Notes: generated from the letters alone by a model not told the origin. A DNA stretch of 64,000 nucleotides from Candidatus Nomurabacteria bacterium (GCA_020631975.1 JACKGO010000003.1:42973-106972); one strand, 5' to 3'; shown: positions 8,399 through 19,092, numbered from the stretch's first letter. Translations and numbers: made by a program.

Positions 8399-8474
8399 TG
8401 GTGGCTCCTCCCAGACTCGAACTGGGGACACAAGGCTCTTCAGGCCTCTGCTCTACCAACTGAGCTAAAGAGCC
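8399..8474 (-). tRNA. tRNA-Phe(GAA), CCA encoded
   Basis: GGCTCTT-TA-GCTC-AGTTGGTA-GAGC-A-GAGGC-CTGAAGA-GCCTT-GTGTC-CCCAG-TTCGAGT-CTGGG-AGGAGCC-A-CCA. Confidence 0.9.
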
Positions 8475-8499
8475 ACATAGTAGTCTAAAAAATGTAATA

Positions 8500-8576
8500 T
8501 GGTGGGTGATGAGGGATTCGAACCCCCGACCCCCTCGGTGTAAACGAGGTGCTCTAGCCAACTGAGCTAATCACCC
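8500..8576 (-). tRNA. tRNA-Val(UAC), CCA encoded
   Basis: GGGTGAT-TA-GCTC-AGTTGGCTA-GAGC-A-CCTCG-TTTACAC-CGAGG-GGGTC-GGGGG-TTCGAAT-CCCTC-ATCACCC-A-CCA. Confidence 0.9.
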
Positions 8577-8588
8577 AACGTGCATACT

Positions 8589-8676
8589 TGGTGCGCGAGA
8601 GAGGACTTGAACCTCCACGAGCGCAATGCCCACTGGCCCCTCAAGCCAGCGCGTCTACCAATTCCGCCACTCGCGC
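8589..8676 (-). tRNA. tRNA-Leu(GAG), long variable arm, CCA encoded
   Basis: The acceptor is GCGCGAG...CTCGCGC-A-CCA. The anticodon arm is CTGGC-TTGAGGG-GCCAG. The variable arm is TGGGCATTGCGCTCGT and the T arm is GGAGG-TTCAAGT-CCTCT. Confidence 0.9.
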
Positions 8677-8731
8677 GTGATATACGCGTGTACAATGATA
8701 CCTGTTTTTATAGCCTATAGCAAGTAGTTGT

Positions 8732-10366
8732 TTATGTTCTTGGCATGTGGTCGTACAGGTGTGACAACGAATAGTCGCTCCGCACGTACTGCTGCGTGTC
8801 TTTTTGCAATACATCAATTTTAACCCCTGGATTTAAAATGCCATATGGGTCGCATATTTGCTTTATTTTCCTAAATATACCATATATTTCATCGCCATAC
8901 TGTAAGCCAAGGTATGGTGCCCGCAGCCTTCCATCGTTATGCGCACCTGTAATTACACCGCCCATAGATAGCACCATGCCATAGTATGAATCCATTAGTT
9001 TGTACATTTTTTGTCTATCGCCAATATTAGAAAGATCAAAAAACGGCTGTACATGCAAATTGCCACTGCCAGCATGGCCCCAAACACACGGTGGGTCTAA
9101 TTGAAAATTACTAAATAAGCTGTAGACATTTTGCATAAATTCTGCAAATTTTTCAGTTGGAAAGATAGCATCTTCTATAACAGGTAGTGCTTTTTTTGCA
9201 CCTAGGTTTTGCCATAACACGGCTGCTGCACTGTGCCTCACCTTCCAGTAGTCTTCTTGTTCTGTTGGATCTTTTGTGGCGACAAATGACACAGCAAAAT
9301 CTTCTAGAACTTTTTTGGCTTTTTTGGTGTATTTTTTTTGCTTACGAGCAGCCAGGTTATCAAACTCTACAAATAATACTACTTTTGATGAGTTATCTTT
9401 AATGACGCTGTTGATCTGGTTAGGATTATGCTCGAGAAGGAATTTTATTAAGTTGCCATCAATCATTTCTAGTGTGCTCGGGCCAAGTTCGCGCAGTTTA
9501 TTCACTGCAGCACCAGCTTTTGCAATATCATCAAAGAAACCAACGAGTAGCGTTTTTTGGGGGTTATACGTTTCTGTATCTAATACAATTTCTGTCACAA
9601 TGCCCAGTGTACCTTGCGAGCCAATGAAAAGAGGTGTTAAGTCAAAAGAACCATCGTTGCCTTTGATAGACCAGATATCATAGCCAGAAACACTTCTTGT
9701 CACTGATGGAACGTAGCCTTCTATGGCTTTTTTGCTATCGTTCAATACATTGTCTATTGCTCTATATAACTCACCCTCAAAAGAAGGCAGACCTTTTTTT
9801 TGGCCTAACTCTTTTTTAGATATTCGCTTGGTAGTAATAACTTCCCCGTTTGCTAACACCACCCGCAATTGTTTTGCATAATCTTTCGTTACACCATATT
9901 TTACTGACTTTTCACCGGCTGCATTATTAGCTACCGCACCACCCACTGTTGAATATTCTAACGATGCAGGGTATGGTGGCAAAAATTGACCATGTGTTAG
10001 TAGTGTTTGCTGTAATTTGCCATAGTTAATACCTGGTTGTACGCTTACAAAACCTTTGTTGGAGTCTAGCGTTAATACCTTATTCATGTGTGCCGGAAAT
10101 ACTATCATTACTCCTTGGCCCAAAGATCCACCAGAAAAATCAGTACCTGAGCCTCTTGCAGTCAGTGGTACTAACCTGCCTCGTTCTGCAAGCTGCCACG
10201 AAAACCGAGCAATCTTTCTGACATCGTTTTCTGCCCTCGGGTATACGATAATTTGTGGGGTAATTTTGTATATACTACCGTCGGTTGAAAAATATTCTCT
10301 AGCGTCTATTGAAGTTAATACCTCTCCTACGACATGTTGTTGCAGATACTGCGCTACTTTGCTCAT
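8732..10366 (-). CDS. FAD-linked oxidase (GlcD / D-lactate dehydrogenase family)
   Basis: 544 aa with an N-terminal FAD_binding_4-type domain (VPLTARGSGTDFSGGS..., STVGGAVANNAAG) and a C-terminal FAD-oxidase_C-like region. Confidence 0.75.
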   Translation of the reverse strand: MSKVAQYLQQHVVGEVLTSIDAREYFSTDGSIYKITPQIIVYPRAENDVRKIARFSWQLAERGRLVPLTARGSGTDFSGGSLGQGVMIVFPAHMNKVLTLDSNKGFVSVQPGINYGKLQQTLLTHGQFLPPYPASLEYSTVGGAVANNAAGEKSVKYGVTKDYAKQLRVVLANGEVITTKRISKKELGQKKGLPSFEGELYRAIDNVLNDSKKAIEGYVPSVTRSVSGYDIWSIKGNDGSFDLTPLFIGSQGTLGIVTEIVLDTETYNPQKTLLVGFFDDIAKAGAAVNKLRELGPSTLEMIDGNLIKFLLEHNPNQINSVIKDNSSKVVLFVEFDNLAARKQKKYTKKAKKVLEDFAVSFVATKDPTEQEDYWKVRHSAAAVLWQNLGAKKALPVIEDAIFPTEKFAEFMQNVYSLFSNFQLDPPCVWGHAGSGNLHVQPFFDLSNIGDRQKMYKLMDSYYGMVLSMGGVITGAHNDGRLRAPYLGLQYGDEIYGIFRKIKQICDPYGILNPGVKIDVLQKDTQQYVRSDYSLSHLYDHMPRT

Positions 10367-10437
10367 ACGATAAATTTTTTGCCTTTTACTATACTCAATA
10401 ATACCATAAGCACTTGGTAAGGATAAGGCTTTCTTAT

Positions 10438-12216
10438 TTAATTATTGTCTTGTACCGCTTTGGTTGTATTGACTTGCCAGTTGTATACATTCTTAAACCG
10501 TTCTGCGGCAGTATTCAGTGTCATTTCATTAAGATTATACACTGGGATATTTGTCGTATATGTAATTTTTGGTTGATGCAAGCCAATTGCAGGTACGTCT
10601 TTGCGCCATGTTTCTAAAAATGATTTATACTTTACAGCCCGAAGTGATTCGTCTTGCCTAGAACGACCATCTTCTAGTGATTGATCTGCTTTTGTAGATG
10701 AATACATAGAAAAATTATAGCCTGGTTTCGCTTCTGGTTTCGCTTGCGAAGAGTGCCAATACACGTACACGTCTGGATCGGCACCAATATTAATTGCATA
10801 CATAAGTATATCGTAGTCTTTTGTGGCTAAACTCGTTGTACTAATATCATCTGAGTTTTCTAATACAACGTTCGTCTTGATACCATACTGACTCCATTGT
10901 TTTTGTATCTCTTCAGAAAACGCCGCATAATCTGTCGTGTTTTCTGACACAAATTGTAGTGTTAGTTCTTTGCCGTCTTTCTTCCTATAAGGTTCATCTT
11001 CACCCCACAGCCAGCCGAGCTCGTTGAGGGTTGTATTTACTGCGTCTGGATTGGGTTTTTGTTGCAATAATTCATCGTTATAGCCTATTTGGCCTTTAAG
11101 TAGTGGCGAGCGAACGGCAGTTGTAGGATACGAAAGCTGCGAAGAAATTTTATACGGATCTGTTGCTTGCAGCAACGCTTGACGCATCTTAACATCTGAC
11201 AACAAAGGTCGGCTGGTGTTCATAAAGATCATGACGGCACTCGTTTGGTTAAAACGCATTACATTATCGTTTTGATTATCCTTTGGATCTACGAGCGCCC
11301 CAACTACATCTTTGTTATTTAAGGCATTTTTTAGGGCTTTTTCATCTGGATACGTTTTAATAGTAAAGCCATCTAGTTGAACTGGCCCACGATGATACTG
11401 CGGATTCTTAACGAGTGATATTGTTTCTGATAGGGCCTTATTGGTACTTTTATCAACCGTAACTGTTTTTAGCTTAAACGGACCACTCCCAATCGCTTCT
11501 TGTGTATTAAACTTGCTACTACGTAGTTGGTCTTTTGGGACATCCTTAAGAACGTGCTCTGGTATTAAGCCGGTTGTGAGCAAGTGTGCGAATGGGCTAT
11601 AGGCATTGGGCAATGTAAACCGAACAGTAAGGTCATCTACCTTCTCTACTTTGACACCGCGCCATGTGGTATAAAGTGGTGATTTTGTATCTGGATTCTG
11701 AATTGATTTATACGTAAATACCACGTCGTCTGCAGTTATTTTTTGTCCGTCATGCCAGTAGGCATCATCACGAAGCGTAACGGTATATACCTTAGAGCTT
11801 GCGTCACCTTTCCATTCTTTTGCTAAATCACCAATCAACTGGTTATTTTCATCGTAAGTCAATAACGAGGCAAATAATAATGCCGATACCGAACTGTCTG
11901 CAGATGAACTTGCAAAAATAGGATTAACGTTTTTTATGTTACCAATTACCCCCTCATTATAGACGCCTCCAGAAGTAGGTTTAATCACTAAATATGCTGC
12001 TTGCAAACCTCGTATTTGAATAAGTAAGCCGCCAGCTAGTAGCGATACGAGCACTAACCAAGTAATGAAAAAACGTTTAGCAAATTGCCAGTTATGAGCA
12101 CGCCTAAATATATGACGTTCTAGATTTTTGTTAGCCGATTCTGCTTTAGTAGCGATAGCTTTTTTGCGCGCCCTAAATTTGCGTCGCAAGCGAAGCCTAT
12201 TATAGTTGTTAAACAT
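10438..12216 (-). CDS. membrane-anchored ABC substrate-binding protein, family 5 (peptide/nickel type)
   Basis: It shows the SBP_bac_5 pattern (YTVTLRDDAYWHDGQKITADDVVFTY, GSGPFKLK) and an N-terminal basic region plus TM helix. The start is taken at ATG 12216 (MFNNYNR), 5 nt after the secG stop. The track ORF extends to 12273. Confidence 0.75.
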   Translation of the reverse strand: MFNNYNRLRLRRKFRARKKAIATKAESANKNLERHIFRRAHNWQFAKRFFITWLVLVSLLAGGLLIQIRGLQAAYLVIKPTSGGVYNEGVIGNIKNVNPIFASSSADSSVSALLFASLLTYDENNQLIGDLAKEWKGDASSKVYTVTLRDDAYWHDGQKITADDVVFTYKSIQNPDTKSPLYTTWRGVKVEKVDDLTVRFTLPNAYSPFAHLLTTGLIPEHVLKDVPKDQLRSSKFNTQEAIGSGPFKLKTVTVDKSTNKALSETISLVKNPQYHRGPVQLDGFTIKTYPDEKALKNALNNKDVVGALVDPKDNQNDNVMRFNQTSAVMIFMNTSRPLLSDVKMRQALLQATDPYKISSQLSYPTTAVRSPLLKGQIGYNDELLQQKPNPDAVNTTLNELGWLWGEDEPYRKKDGKELTLQFVSENTTDYAAFSEEIQKQWSQYGIKTNVVLENSDDISTTSLATKDYDILMYAINIGADPDVYVYWHSSQAKPEAKPGYNFSMYSSTKADQSLEDGRSRQDESLRAVKYKSFLETWRKDVPAIGLHQPKITYTTNIPVYNLNEMTLNTAAERFKNVYNWQVNTTKAVQDNN

Positions 12217-12221
12217 ACCTG

Positions 12222-12440
12222 CTATGCGCTCACTATTCCAAGAATAATTGACAACACAAAAATAGTTGCGCACACAATTGTTAATTGAAATAGTGTTTTG
12301 TCTGATCCACGTCGTACTGAATTTATCTCTGCGCTACCACCAAAACCTGCGCCAAGTCCTGCGCCTCTTGTTTGCATTAGTATAAATATTGTCATGAGCA
12401 CCGCACTACCTATCGTCACGTAATCATAGATACTATTCAT
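12222..12440 (-). CDS. secG: preprotein translocase subunit SecG
   Basis: 72 aa with two TM helices and the typical LMQTRGAGLGAGFGGS loop. Confidence 0.75.
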   Translation of the reverse strand: MNSIYDYVTIGSAVLMTIFILMQTRGAGLGAGFGGSAEINSVRRGSDKTLFQLTIVCATIFVLSIILGIVSA

Positions 12441-12801
12441 CGCTCACTAACCTTTCATATGTAATTGTCACTATATAGTTTACCAAGCCTATCACAATTC
12501 CTGCAACCATAGCCCACCAAAAATTATTAATTTCTAGGGGTAGATACAAAAAACTTAATATATATAACACAACACCATTAATAATAATTAAAAATAACCC
12601 TACTGTGACAGCAATAAGTGGTAAAGAAATAATTATGAGTAGTGGCTTTACAATTGCATTCAGCACTGCAAGGAGCAAAGCACCTATGATATAGGTACGT
12701 ACACCTCCATTAATCGTCAATATACCCGCGTATGCGCTAATAGCTAAGCCGGCGTAATTGGCTGCTGTACGAGTAAGAAATAGAATGAATTGTTTTCGCA
12801 T
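12433..12801 (-). CDS. DUF360 / Phage_holin_4_2-family membrane protein (YvlD-like)
   Basis: 122 aa with 4 TM helices. The pattern ALLLAVLNAIVKPLLIIISLPLIAVTVGLFLIIINGVVL closely follows B. subtilis YvlD-type proteins. Confidence 0.6.
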   Translation of the reverse strand: MRKQFILFLTRTAANYAGLAISAYAGILTINGGVRTYIIGALLLAVLNAIVKPLLIIISLPLIAVTVGLFLIIINGVVLYILSFLYLPLEINNFWWAMVAGIVIGLVNYIVTITYERLVSDE

Positions 12802-12821
12802 AGTTCTGGTATAGTATAGCG

Positions 12822-13994
12822 CTACTCCAGTATTTTTGCGCCATTTTTCGTTATTACTACATCATCTTCTATACGGATACCAATGCTATGCTTCCTACTG
12901 TGAAGCCCTGGTTCTATTGTTATGACCATACCTTCAGATAAAGGCAGCGAATAATCTGCTGCGTCATGAACATCGAGCCCTACGTGATGACCAATAGCAT
13001 AAGGAAACACCGTCTGCACGGGTTCTTGTGTGATAAGTGCATGTTTTTTTGCTACGTCTAGCAATTGGGTTTGGGCTTGCAATTGTATGTCTTTCCAAAA
13101 TATGCCAGGTTTTAAAGAAGCGATTATGTTTGCCTGCACAGCAGCTACATCATCTATCAGCATTTGAAGCTTTTGGTTGTGACCGACGACGATTGTTCTT
13201 GAAATATCTGCTGCATACCCACAGTGTTCTGCACCAACGTCAAATAGCAGCCCTGCGCCTGTTTTGATTGGTGTGTCTGATGGTGCGTGATGCACTATCA
13301 CGGCATTTTGGTCAGTTGCTACAATTGGCTGATAGGCGTTCATCATATTATTTTCATAAAAAGCTGCGGTAATTTCGTTTGCAACAGATGTCTCTGTGCG
13401 ACCTACAAGTTCTGCTGGATTGTTAATATATTTAGATAAAACAGTTTGCGTTACCTGTACGGCTGAAGTTATCGCTGCAATTTCATGTGGCTTTTTTATC
13501 ATACGCATGGCTGCCACATACGGACGAACATCTATAGGCACAATACCTGCCTTTGTAAGCCTATTGAGCCAATAACGACGATACGGGTTAGCGTATTGTC
13601 CATGGCTACGTGCACGTGCTGGCTTATTAAATAAGACCTCGCCTTTTTTTGATAGTTTTTGTAAACGAACGAGCAACTCTGTTTGAGTTATACAGCCGTT
13701 TAGACCAGCGGCAGTCGCAGCATATTCGTATTCATGAACATCATCAAACATTATTTCTACTTTAGTATGGCGTGGTAACACAAGATATGAATTACCTGTT
13801 TTTGTATCGATATAGAGCGCAATATTAGGCAAAGTAATACCTGATAAATAGAGTATGTTACTATCTTGCCTAAATGGATACGTTGTATCTGCATTGCGGC
13901 TCAACGGAGCATTGCCAGCTACCAAAATAGCAGTAGCATCTTTGGGTATATTGGTAAGTAGTTCTTGTCGGTGCTTATGGAGCTGTTGATTCAT
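12822..13994 (-). CDS. Xaa-Pro aminopeptidase (M24 metallopeptidase)
   Basis: 390 aa. The M24 metal ligand context is present: DVGAEHCGYAADISRT, HHVGLDVHD, ITIEPG, IRIEDDV. Confidence 0.8.
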   Translation of the reverse strand: MNQQLHKHRQELLTNIPKDATAILVAGNAPLSRNADTTYPFRQDSNILYLSGITLPNIALYIDTKTGNSYLVLPRHTKVEIMFDDVHEYEYAATAAGLNGCITQTELLVRLQKLSKKGEVLFNKPARARSHGQYANPYRRYWLNRLTKAGIVPIDVRPYVAAMRMIKKPHEIAAITSAVQVTQTVLSKYINNPAELVGRTETSVANEITAAFYENNMMNAYQPIVATDQNAVIVHHAPSDTPIKTGAGLLFDVGAEHCGYAADISRTIVVGHNQKLQMLIDDVAAVQANIIASLKPGIFWKDIQLQAQTQLLDVAKKHALITQEPVQTVFPYAIGHHVGLDVHDAADYSLPLSEGMVITIEPGLHSRKHSIGIRIEDDVVITKNGAKILE

Positions 13995-13997
13995 TAA

Positions 13998-15500
13998 TTA
14001 CTCTTCTTTCTTTATGTAAGACATTATTAGGTGAGCCTTTTTGCTCCCTACAGCGCTAGCTATTTCATCTAGTGTTGCATTGGCAATACCTGCAAGTGAT
14101 CCAAATTTTTTTAATAACGTACGCTTTGTTATGGGCCCAATCCCTGGAATAGTGTCTAGCTGACTTTCTCTTTGACGAGATATTTTTAGTGTACTATGGT
14201 AGCTCACTGCAAATCTATGTGATTCATCACGAATGCGCTGCAACAGTTTTATAAGATGTGCGGTATTGGGAAGATCTAAAACCTGAAAATCATCTGAAGT
14301 GTCTGTAATATATCCTTGCAGCTGATGTAACTTTTCAAGGTTCACGCTTACATAACTTTTTTTTGTATGAAGTACTATCTCTTCATATTTTTTGGCGAGT
14401 CCTATCATTGGTATGGTTAGACCTGCTGCATTTCGGGCTTTTAGAGCTGCAGCCAGCTGACCTTTCCCACCGTCTATTAAAAAAATATCCGGTAGTTGCC
14501 ACGTTTTTTGTGAAGATTTTTTAAGACGTCTTGCAATAACTTCTTCCATATGAGCAAAATCATCGTTACCTGGTATACGCATTTTAAATTTTCTATACGC
14601 TCCTTTGTCAGCAATACCATTAGTAAAAACGACCATACTCGCAACAGTGTCTGTACCACTCATGTGACTAATGTCATACCCTTCTATACGTTTTGGTGGT
14701 GTTGCTAAACCAAGGAGCGTGGCAAAGTCAAATAATGCATGATCATTAGATAAATCTAGGTTTTCGCGATCACTAAATATAATGCGTGCTCTTAGTGACT
14801 TTAAAGCCGTTATCGTATTGCGTTTTTTTGCTGCCTCTTCATATGCTTTATTGTCTGCCGCCAAGTTCATTTCTTGTTCTAGCTGCGTTATCAGTGCCAC
14901 GCGCTGACCTTTTAAATAGAGGCTTAGTTTTTTGAGATTGTCTTTGTAGTCTTTTTCGCTGTAGTTTTCGGTTTCTGGACCAGGGCATAAACCCAAATGA
15001 TATTGCAAACACCCACGATTTGGTAGCGTGTGGTGCGTAGAGTACGGAAATATTTTACGTAGGTACTTTAGGCTTCTTCTAAGTGGCAGGGTTTGTAAAA
15101 ATGGGCCATAGTAGTCAGCCTTGTCATCTAATGGGCGCCTTGTAATGGTGACTGACGGGGCGCGTGATTTACTGTCTATGCGTACGTAAGCAACCGACTT
15201 GTCATCACGTAGTAAGATATTATACTGTGGTTGATATCGCCGAATCATTTCGGCTTCTAAAAATAATGCTTCAACTTCATCTGCAACGATAATCCAATCG
15301 GTATCAGCAATTTCTGAAACAAGTGCGTCCGTCTTAGCATCACGGACCCGACTTTTGTGAAAGTACTGTCGAATACGGTTTTTTAAGACTGCAGCTTTTC
15401 CTACATAAATAATTTCGCCATTGCTATTTTTATGAAAATACACACCTGGATCGCTGGGTATAGTTTCTAATTTCTTTTCTAGGGCTTTGTTCATTACCAA
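13998..15500 (-). CDS. uvrC: excinuclease ABC subunit C (short form, 500 aa)
   Basis: It has a GIY-YIG N-terminus (GVYFHKNSNGEIIYVGKA...NRIRQYF), a UvrC-type endonuclease core and a C-terminal (HhH)2 (IPGIGPITKRTLLKKFGS). Confidence 0.85.
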   Translation of the reverse strand: MVMNKALEKKLETIPSDPGVYFHKNSNGEIIYVGKAAVLKNRIRQYFHKSRVRDAKTDALVSEIADTDWIIVADEVEALFLEAEMIRRYQPQYNILLRDDKSVAYVRIDSKSRAPSVTITRRPLDDKADYYGPFLQTLPLRRSLKYLRKIFPYSTHHTLPNRGCLQYHLGLCPGPETENYSEKDYKDNLKKLSLYLKGQRVALITQLEQEMNLAADNKAYEEAAKKRNTITALKSLRARIIFSDRENLDLSNDHALFDFATLLGLATPPKRIEGYDISHMSGTDTVASMVVFTNGIADKGAYRKFKMRIPGNDDFAHMEEVIARRLKKSSQKTWQLPDIFLIDGGKGQLAAALKARNAAGLTIPMIGLAKKYEEIVLHTKKSYVSVNLEKLHQLQGYITDTSDDFQVLDLPNTAHLIKLLQRIRDESHRFAVSYHSTLKISRQRESQLDTIPGIGPITKRTLLKKFGSLAGIANATLDEIASAVGSKKAHLIMSYIKKEE

Positions 15501-15504
15501 AACC

Positions 15505-16395
15505 TTAGGCTTTGGTAGCTACTGTTTGTTTGCAGCTAGATTTAGCACATGTCTGGGTGGTAGTATGGCAGTCTTTGCAAATTAAAATTAAATCGTTACA
15601 AGCAACATTTGCACAGTTTTCAAAATTACTGGTTTTTCCTTGGCAGTGTACACATTCGCCGATGTCTTTCGCGTCTTTACTAAAGCCCGTTACCATTCGA
15701 TTATCAAACACGTACAATTTACCTTCCCATAGACCATCATCTTTATAGGTTTCGCCGTATTTAACGATTCCTCCGTCTATTTGATACACTTCCTTGAAGC
15801 CTTTGTTCTTCATATGAACACTGAGCAACTCACACCGAATACCACCGGTGCAGTACGAAACAATTGGCTTGTCTTTAATATCGTTATATTTAGGATCGTC
15901 TAGTTCTTTTAGAAAATCTCTGGTGTAGCGTACATTCGGAACGACTGTATTCTTAAATTTGCCAATTTGCGCCTCATACGCATTGCGACCATCAAAAAAT
16001 ATAACATCATCACCACGCTCTGCAACTAATGCATTTACTTCTTCTGGTTTAAGATGCTTGCCACCGCCTATAACACCACTATTATCTACTTTCACGGCAT
16101 CTGGTGCACCAAAAGCAACGAGTTCTGGGCGCACTTTAATAGATAATCTAGGAAAATCATCAGCACTACCCTCGCTCCACTTATAAACAGTTTTTTTAAA
16201 TATACTTACATTCATAGCTTTTACGTACGCTTTTAAGCCATCTATTGGGCCACCAAGCGTGCCGTTAATACCGTGTGTACTGATGATAATGCGACCTTTT
16301 AAACCATACCGTTCACAGAGTTCTCTTTGCCATAGTTTCGTCGTCTCTGGGTCAGCTACCGGCACAAACTTATAGTATAAAATTACTTTTTCCAT
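15505..16395 (-). CDS. trhO: rhodanese-domain tRNA U34 hydroxylase TrhO (YceA/UPF0176)
   Basis: The N-terminus is [13 protein letters not shown]...[13 protein letters not shown]. The rhodanese active-site loop is YCTGGIRCE, and there is a Cys-rich C-terminal tail. Confidence 0.8.
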   Translation of the reverse strand: MEKVILYYKFVPVADPETTKLWQRELCERYGLKGRIIISTHGINGTLGGPIDGLKAYVKAMNVSIFKKTVYKWSEGSADDFPRLSIKVRPELVAFGAPDAVKVDNSGVIGGGKHLKPEEVNALVAERGDDVIFFDGRNAYEAQIGKFKNTVVPNVRYTRDFLKELDDPKYNDIKDKPIVSYCTGGIRCELLSVHMKNKGFKEVYQIDGGIVKYGETYKDDGLWEGKLYVFDNRMVTGFSKDAKDIGECVHCQGKTSNFENCANVACNDLILICKDCHTTTQTCAKSSCKQTVATKA

Positions 16396-16531
16396 TGCAC
16401 CTATTATACCAGATATGGTACACTTACGAACAAATGACGATGGATAATTTGTTATCCCTCTCGTGAGTAACGCTCTTCGATGTCAATTGTGACCGCTCGA
16501 CTAAAACAATAACAGTAATCAGGACATTAGT

Positions 16532-18319
16532 ATGACCAAAACAGCCAATAGCTCGCTGAGTGCGCTTAAAACAATGCGCATTTACCTAACATATATGAAA
16601 AAGTATCCACTCATGTTGGCTACTATTATTATCCTTTTACCCATAACAGTTATCAGTGCAAATGTGTTATTGCCTATTATTTACGCAGAAGCTATTAATA
16701 CGGTAAGTAGTTTGCTTGGTAGTGGTGAATCGTTCATGCCACTATTTGGTACGTTGCTGGTACAATCAATTATTCTTATAGGTATTTCGTGGACTGCATG
16801 GCGTATTATTGGCTTTGTTATAAGTACGTTCGAATATCGGGTAAAAAGAGATTTAGAGCAAGCGATATTTAAACACCTTACGACTCATAGCTACGATTTT
16901 CATGTTAATAGTTTTAGTGGGTCTTTGGTGGCTCAAACAAACCGCATGACCAATGCGTTTGAGCGATTGTTTGATTCATTTTATTTTGATTTGTATGTGC
17001 TTGTTATTAAGGTAACGGCAATTATGGTGGTGTTACTACCAAAGTCACCCACGGCTGCAATGATTATTATCGTGTGGATTAGCTTATACATAATTATGAT
17101 GAGTATTTTACAAATAATGAAAATGCCATACTCTCGTGCAACTGCTGCAGCGGATAGCAATGTTACTGCTGCTTTAGCGGATTCGCTTGCAAATATTTTT
17201 ACGATAATTACGTTTGGCAAAAAGAGATCAGAACAAAAAAAGTTTAATGCTGTTAGCCAAAAAAGGTACCGTATTGCCTTAAAAGATTGGTATATATCTG
17301 AAGTAATATTTGCCTTTCAAGGTATCATGATGTTTACCATTGAAGCAGTACTTATATGGGTCACGATAGACTTAGCATTGCAAGGAAAAATTGGTATCGG
17401 CGAAATTGTTTTAGTTCAAATATACATCATGAGTATTATTGGGAGTATGTGGAACTTTGGTAGAGTTATACGTAATATAGAACGTAGCTTGTCTGATGCC
17501 TATGAAATGACGCTAATACTAGGTAAAGATCACGCCATTAAAGACCCCCGTCATCCGAAGCCTATTGCGATGACTAAAGGGAGTATTCGATTTAATAAGG
17601 TTGTGTTTAGTTATGAAGAAAAACAACCGTTATTTACTGATTTTAATGTATCTATGAAAGCCGGCCAGAAAGTAGGGTTAGTAGGCCCTAGTGGGGGTGG
17701 CAAATCTACTATTACAAAATTGTTACTGCGTATGATGGATGTAACAAGCGGAGAAATTTCAATAGATGGCCAGAATATTACAGACGTTGCACAAGATGAA
17801 TTACGTAACGTAATAGCCTATGTTCCGCAAGAGCCAATTTTGTTTCATCGCACGCTCAAAGAAAATATAGCGTATGGGCACCCACAAGCAACACAACAAC
17901 AGATCATAGCGGCGGCCAAAGCAGCACATGCTGATGAGTTTATAGCCTTATTACCCAAAGGGTACGATACACTCGTAGGAGAAAGGGGTGTTAAGCTTTC
18001 TGGCGGACAACGGCAACGAGTAGCGATTGCACGTGCCATGTTAAAAAATGCTCCGATACTTCTCCTAGACGAAGCAACCAGTGCTCTAGATAGTGACAAC
18101 GAGCAACTCATCCAAAAAGCCCTTTGGAGCTTAATGAATAACCGTACAGCAATCGTCATTGCACACCGGCTAAGTACAATTCAAAAAATGGATCGTATTT
18201 TAGTTATAGACAACGGGATTATTATAGAAGACGGTACTCATGAAACGCTACTTCAGCAAAACGGTCTCTATGCATCGCTGTGGGCACACCAATCAGGTGG
18301 CTTTGTTGTCGATAAATAA
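16532..18319 (+). CDS. ABC exporter, fused permease/ATPase (MsbA/multidrug type)
   Basis: 595 aa with a 6-TM domain, Walker A GPSGGGKST, signature LSGGQRQR and Walker B ILLLDEATSALD. Confidence 0.85.
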   Translation: MTKTANSSLSALKTMRIYLTYMKKYPLMLATIIILLPITVISANVLLPIIYAEAINTVSSLLGSGESFMPLFGTLLVQSIILIGISWTAWRIIGFVISTFEYRVKRDLEQAIFKHLTTHSYDFHVNSFSGSLVAQTNRMTNAFERLFDSFYFDLYVLVIKVTAIMVVLLPKSPTAAMIIIVWISLYIIMMSILQIMKMPYSRATAAADSNVTAALADSLANIFTIITFGKKRSEQKKFNAVSQKRYRIALKDWYISEVIFAFQGIMMFTIEAVLIWVTIDLALQGKIGIGEIVLVQIYIMSIIGSMWNFGRVIRNIERSLSDAYEMTLILGKDHAIKDPRHPKPIAMTKGSIRFNKVVFSYEEKQPLFTDFNVSMKAGQKVGLVGPSGGGKSTITKLLLRMMDVTSGEISIDGQNITDVAQDELRNVIAYVPQEPILFHRTLKENIAYGHPQATQQQIIAAAKAAHADEFIALLPKGYDTLVGERGVKLSGGQRQRVAIARAMLKNAPILLLDEATSALDSDNEQLIQKALWSLMNNRTAIVIAHRLSTIQKMDRILVIDNGIIIEDGTHETLLQQNGLYASLWAHQSGGFVVDK

Positions 18320-18357
18320 GTGGAGCGTTTTGGTTCGTTACTATATACTTACATAGA

Positions 18358-19092
18358 GTGAAACCAATACCAATAAACGTCATTAAGCGCATTGCTATTT
18401 TAGTGAGTATCGTTGCTGTTGTTATTTTTTTGATGACGCGGCACATAGACATAGCTCTCTTACTAGAAACTGGTGGTATAGTTGCAATTGGACTTACTAT
18501 TTTTGCAGAAACTGGTTTGCTTATTGGTTTCTTCTTACCAGGTGATACCCTGTTATTTGCTGCGGGTTTTTTTGCATCGCAAGATAAAATAAGTCTAATA
18601 GGCAGTATAGTTGCTGTATCTATAGGTGCAATATTTGGGAACATGCTGGGGTATGAAATCGGTAGAAGAAGCGGAAAACGATTTTTCAAAAAAGAAGAAG
18701 CCGTTCTGTTGAATAAAGAAACAGTAAATGCAGCAAACGCCTTTTACATTAAGCATGGTGGTAAAACCGTTATACTCGCGCGATTTATACCAGTTGTCAG
18801 AACGCTCGCCCCTATCATGGCTGGTATTGGTAAAATGACCTACAAACGTTTCTTTATATACACGGTAGTCGGAGCACTTATTTGGGGTATTGTGGTAACA
18901 CTCGTTGGCTACTGGGCGGGTCTAGTAATTGGGCAATATTTTGACATTGATAAATATTTGTTACCGTTAATCTTTCTCGCAGTGCTGGGCACGTTTGGTA
19001 TTAGTGTATTCCACGTATTAAAAGATAAAAAATCACGTGATTTAGTTATACAAAAAAGTAAATCGTATATTACAAATTTTTTCAAAAACTAG
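18358..19092 (+). CDS. DedA-family membrane protein
   Basis: It has FAETGLLIGFFLPGDTLLFAAGFFA and the ARFIPVVRT motif. The GTG start is uncertain. Confidence 0.8.
   Translation: MKPIPINVIKRIAILVSIVAVVIFLMTRHIDIALLLETGGIVAIGLTIFAETGLLIGFFLPGDTLLFAAGFFASQDKISLIGSIVAVSIGAIFGNMLGYEIGRRSGKRFFKKEEAVLLNKETVNAANAFYIKHGGKTVILARFIPVVRTLAPIMAGIGKMTYKRFFIYTVVGALIWGIVVTLVGYWAGLVIGQYFDIDKYLLPLIFLAVLGTFGISVFHVLKDKKSRDLVIQKSKSYITNFFKN

Noticed and set aside
8358-8561. 67-aa ORF in the track (MARAPRLHRGGRGFESL...).
   Set aside because: It lies entirely across tRNA-Phe and tRNA-Val on the same strand. GFESL-type peptides are the usual artefact of translating tRNA T arms.
12433-12801. A 'phage holin' family name suggesting a prophage.
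   Set aside because: The DUF360/YvlD family is widespread as a chromosomal membrane protein. The neighbours are secG and a peptidase, and no phage structural, integrase or lysis genes are nearby.
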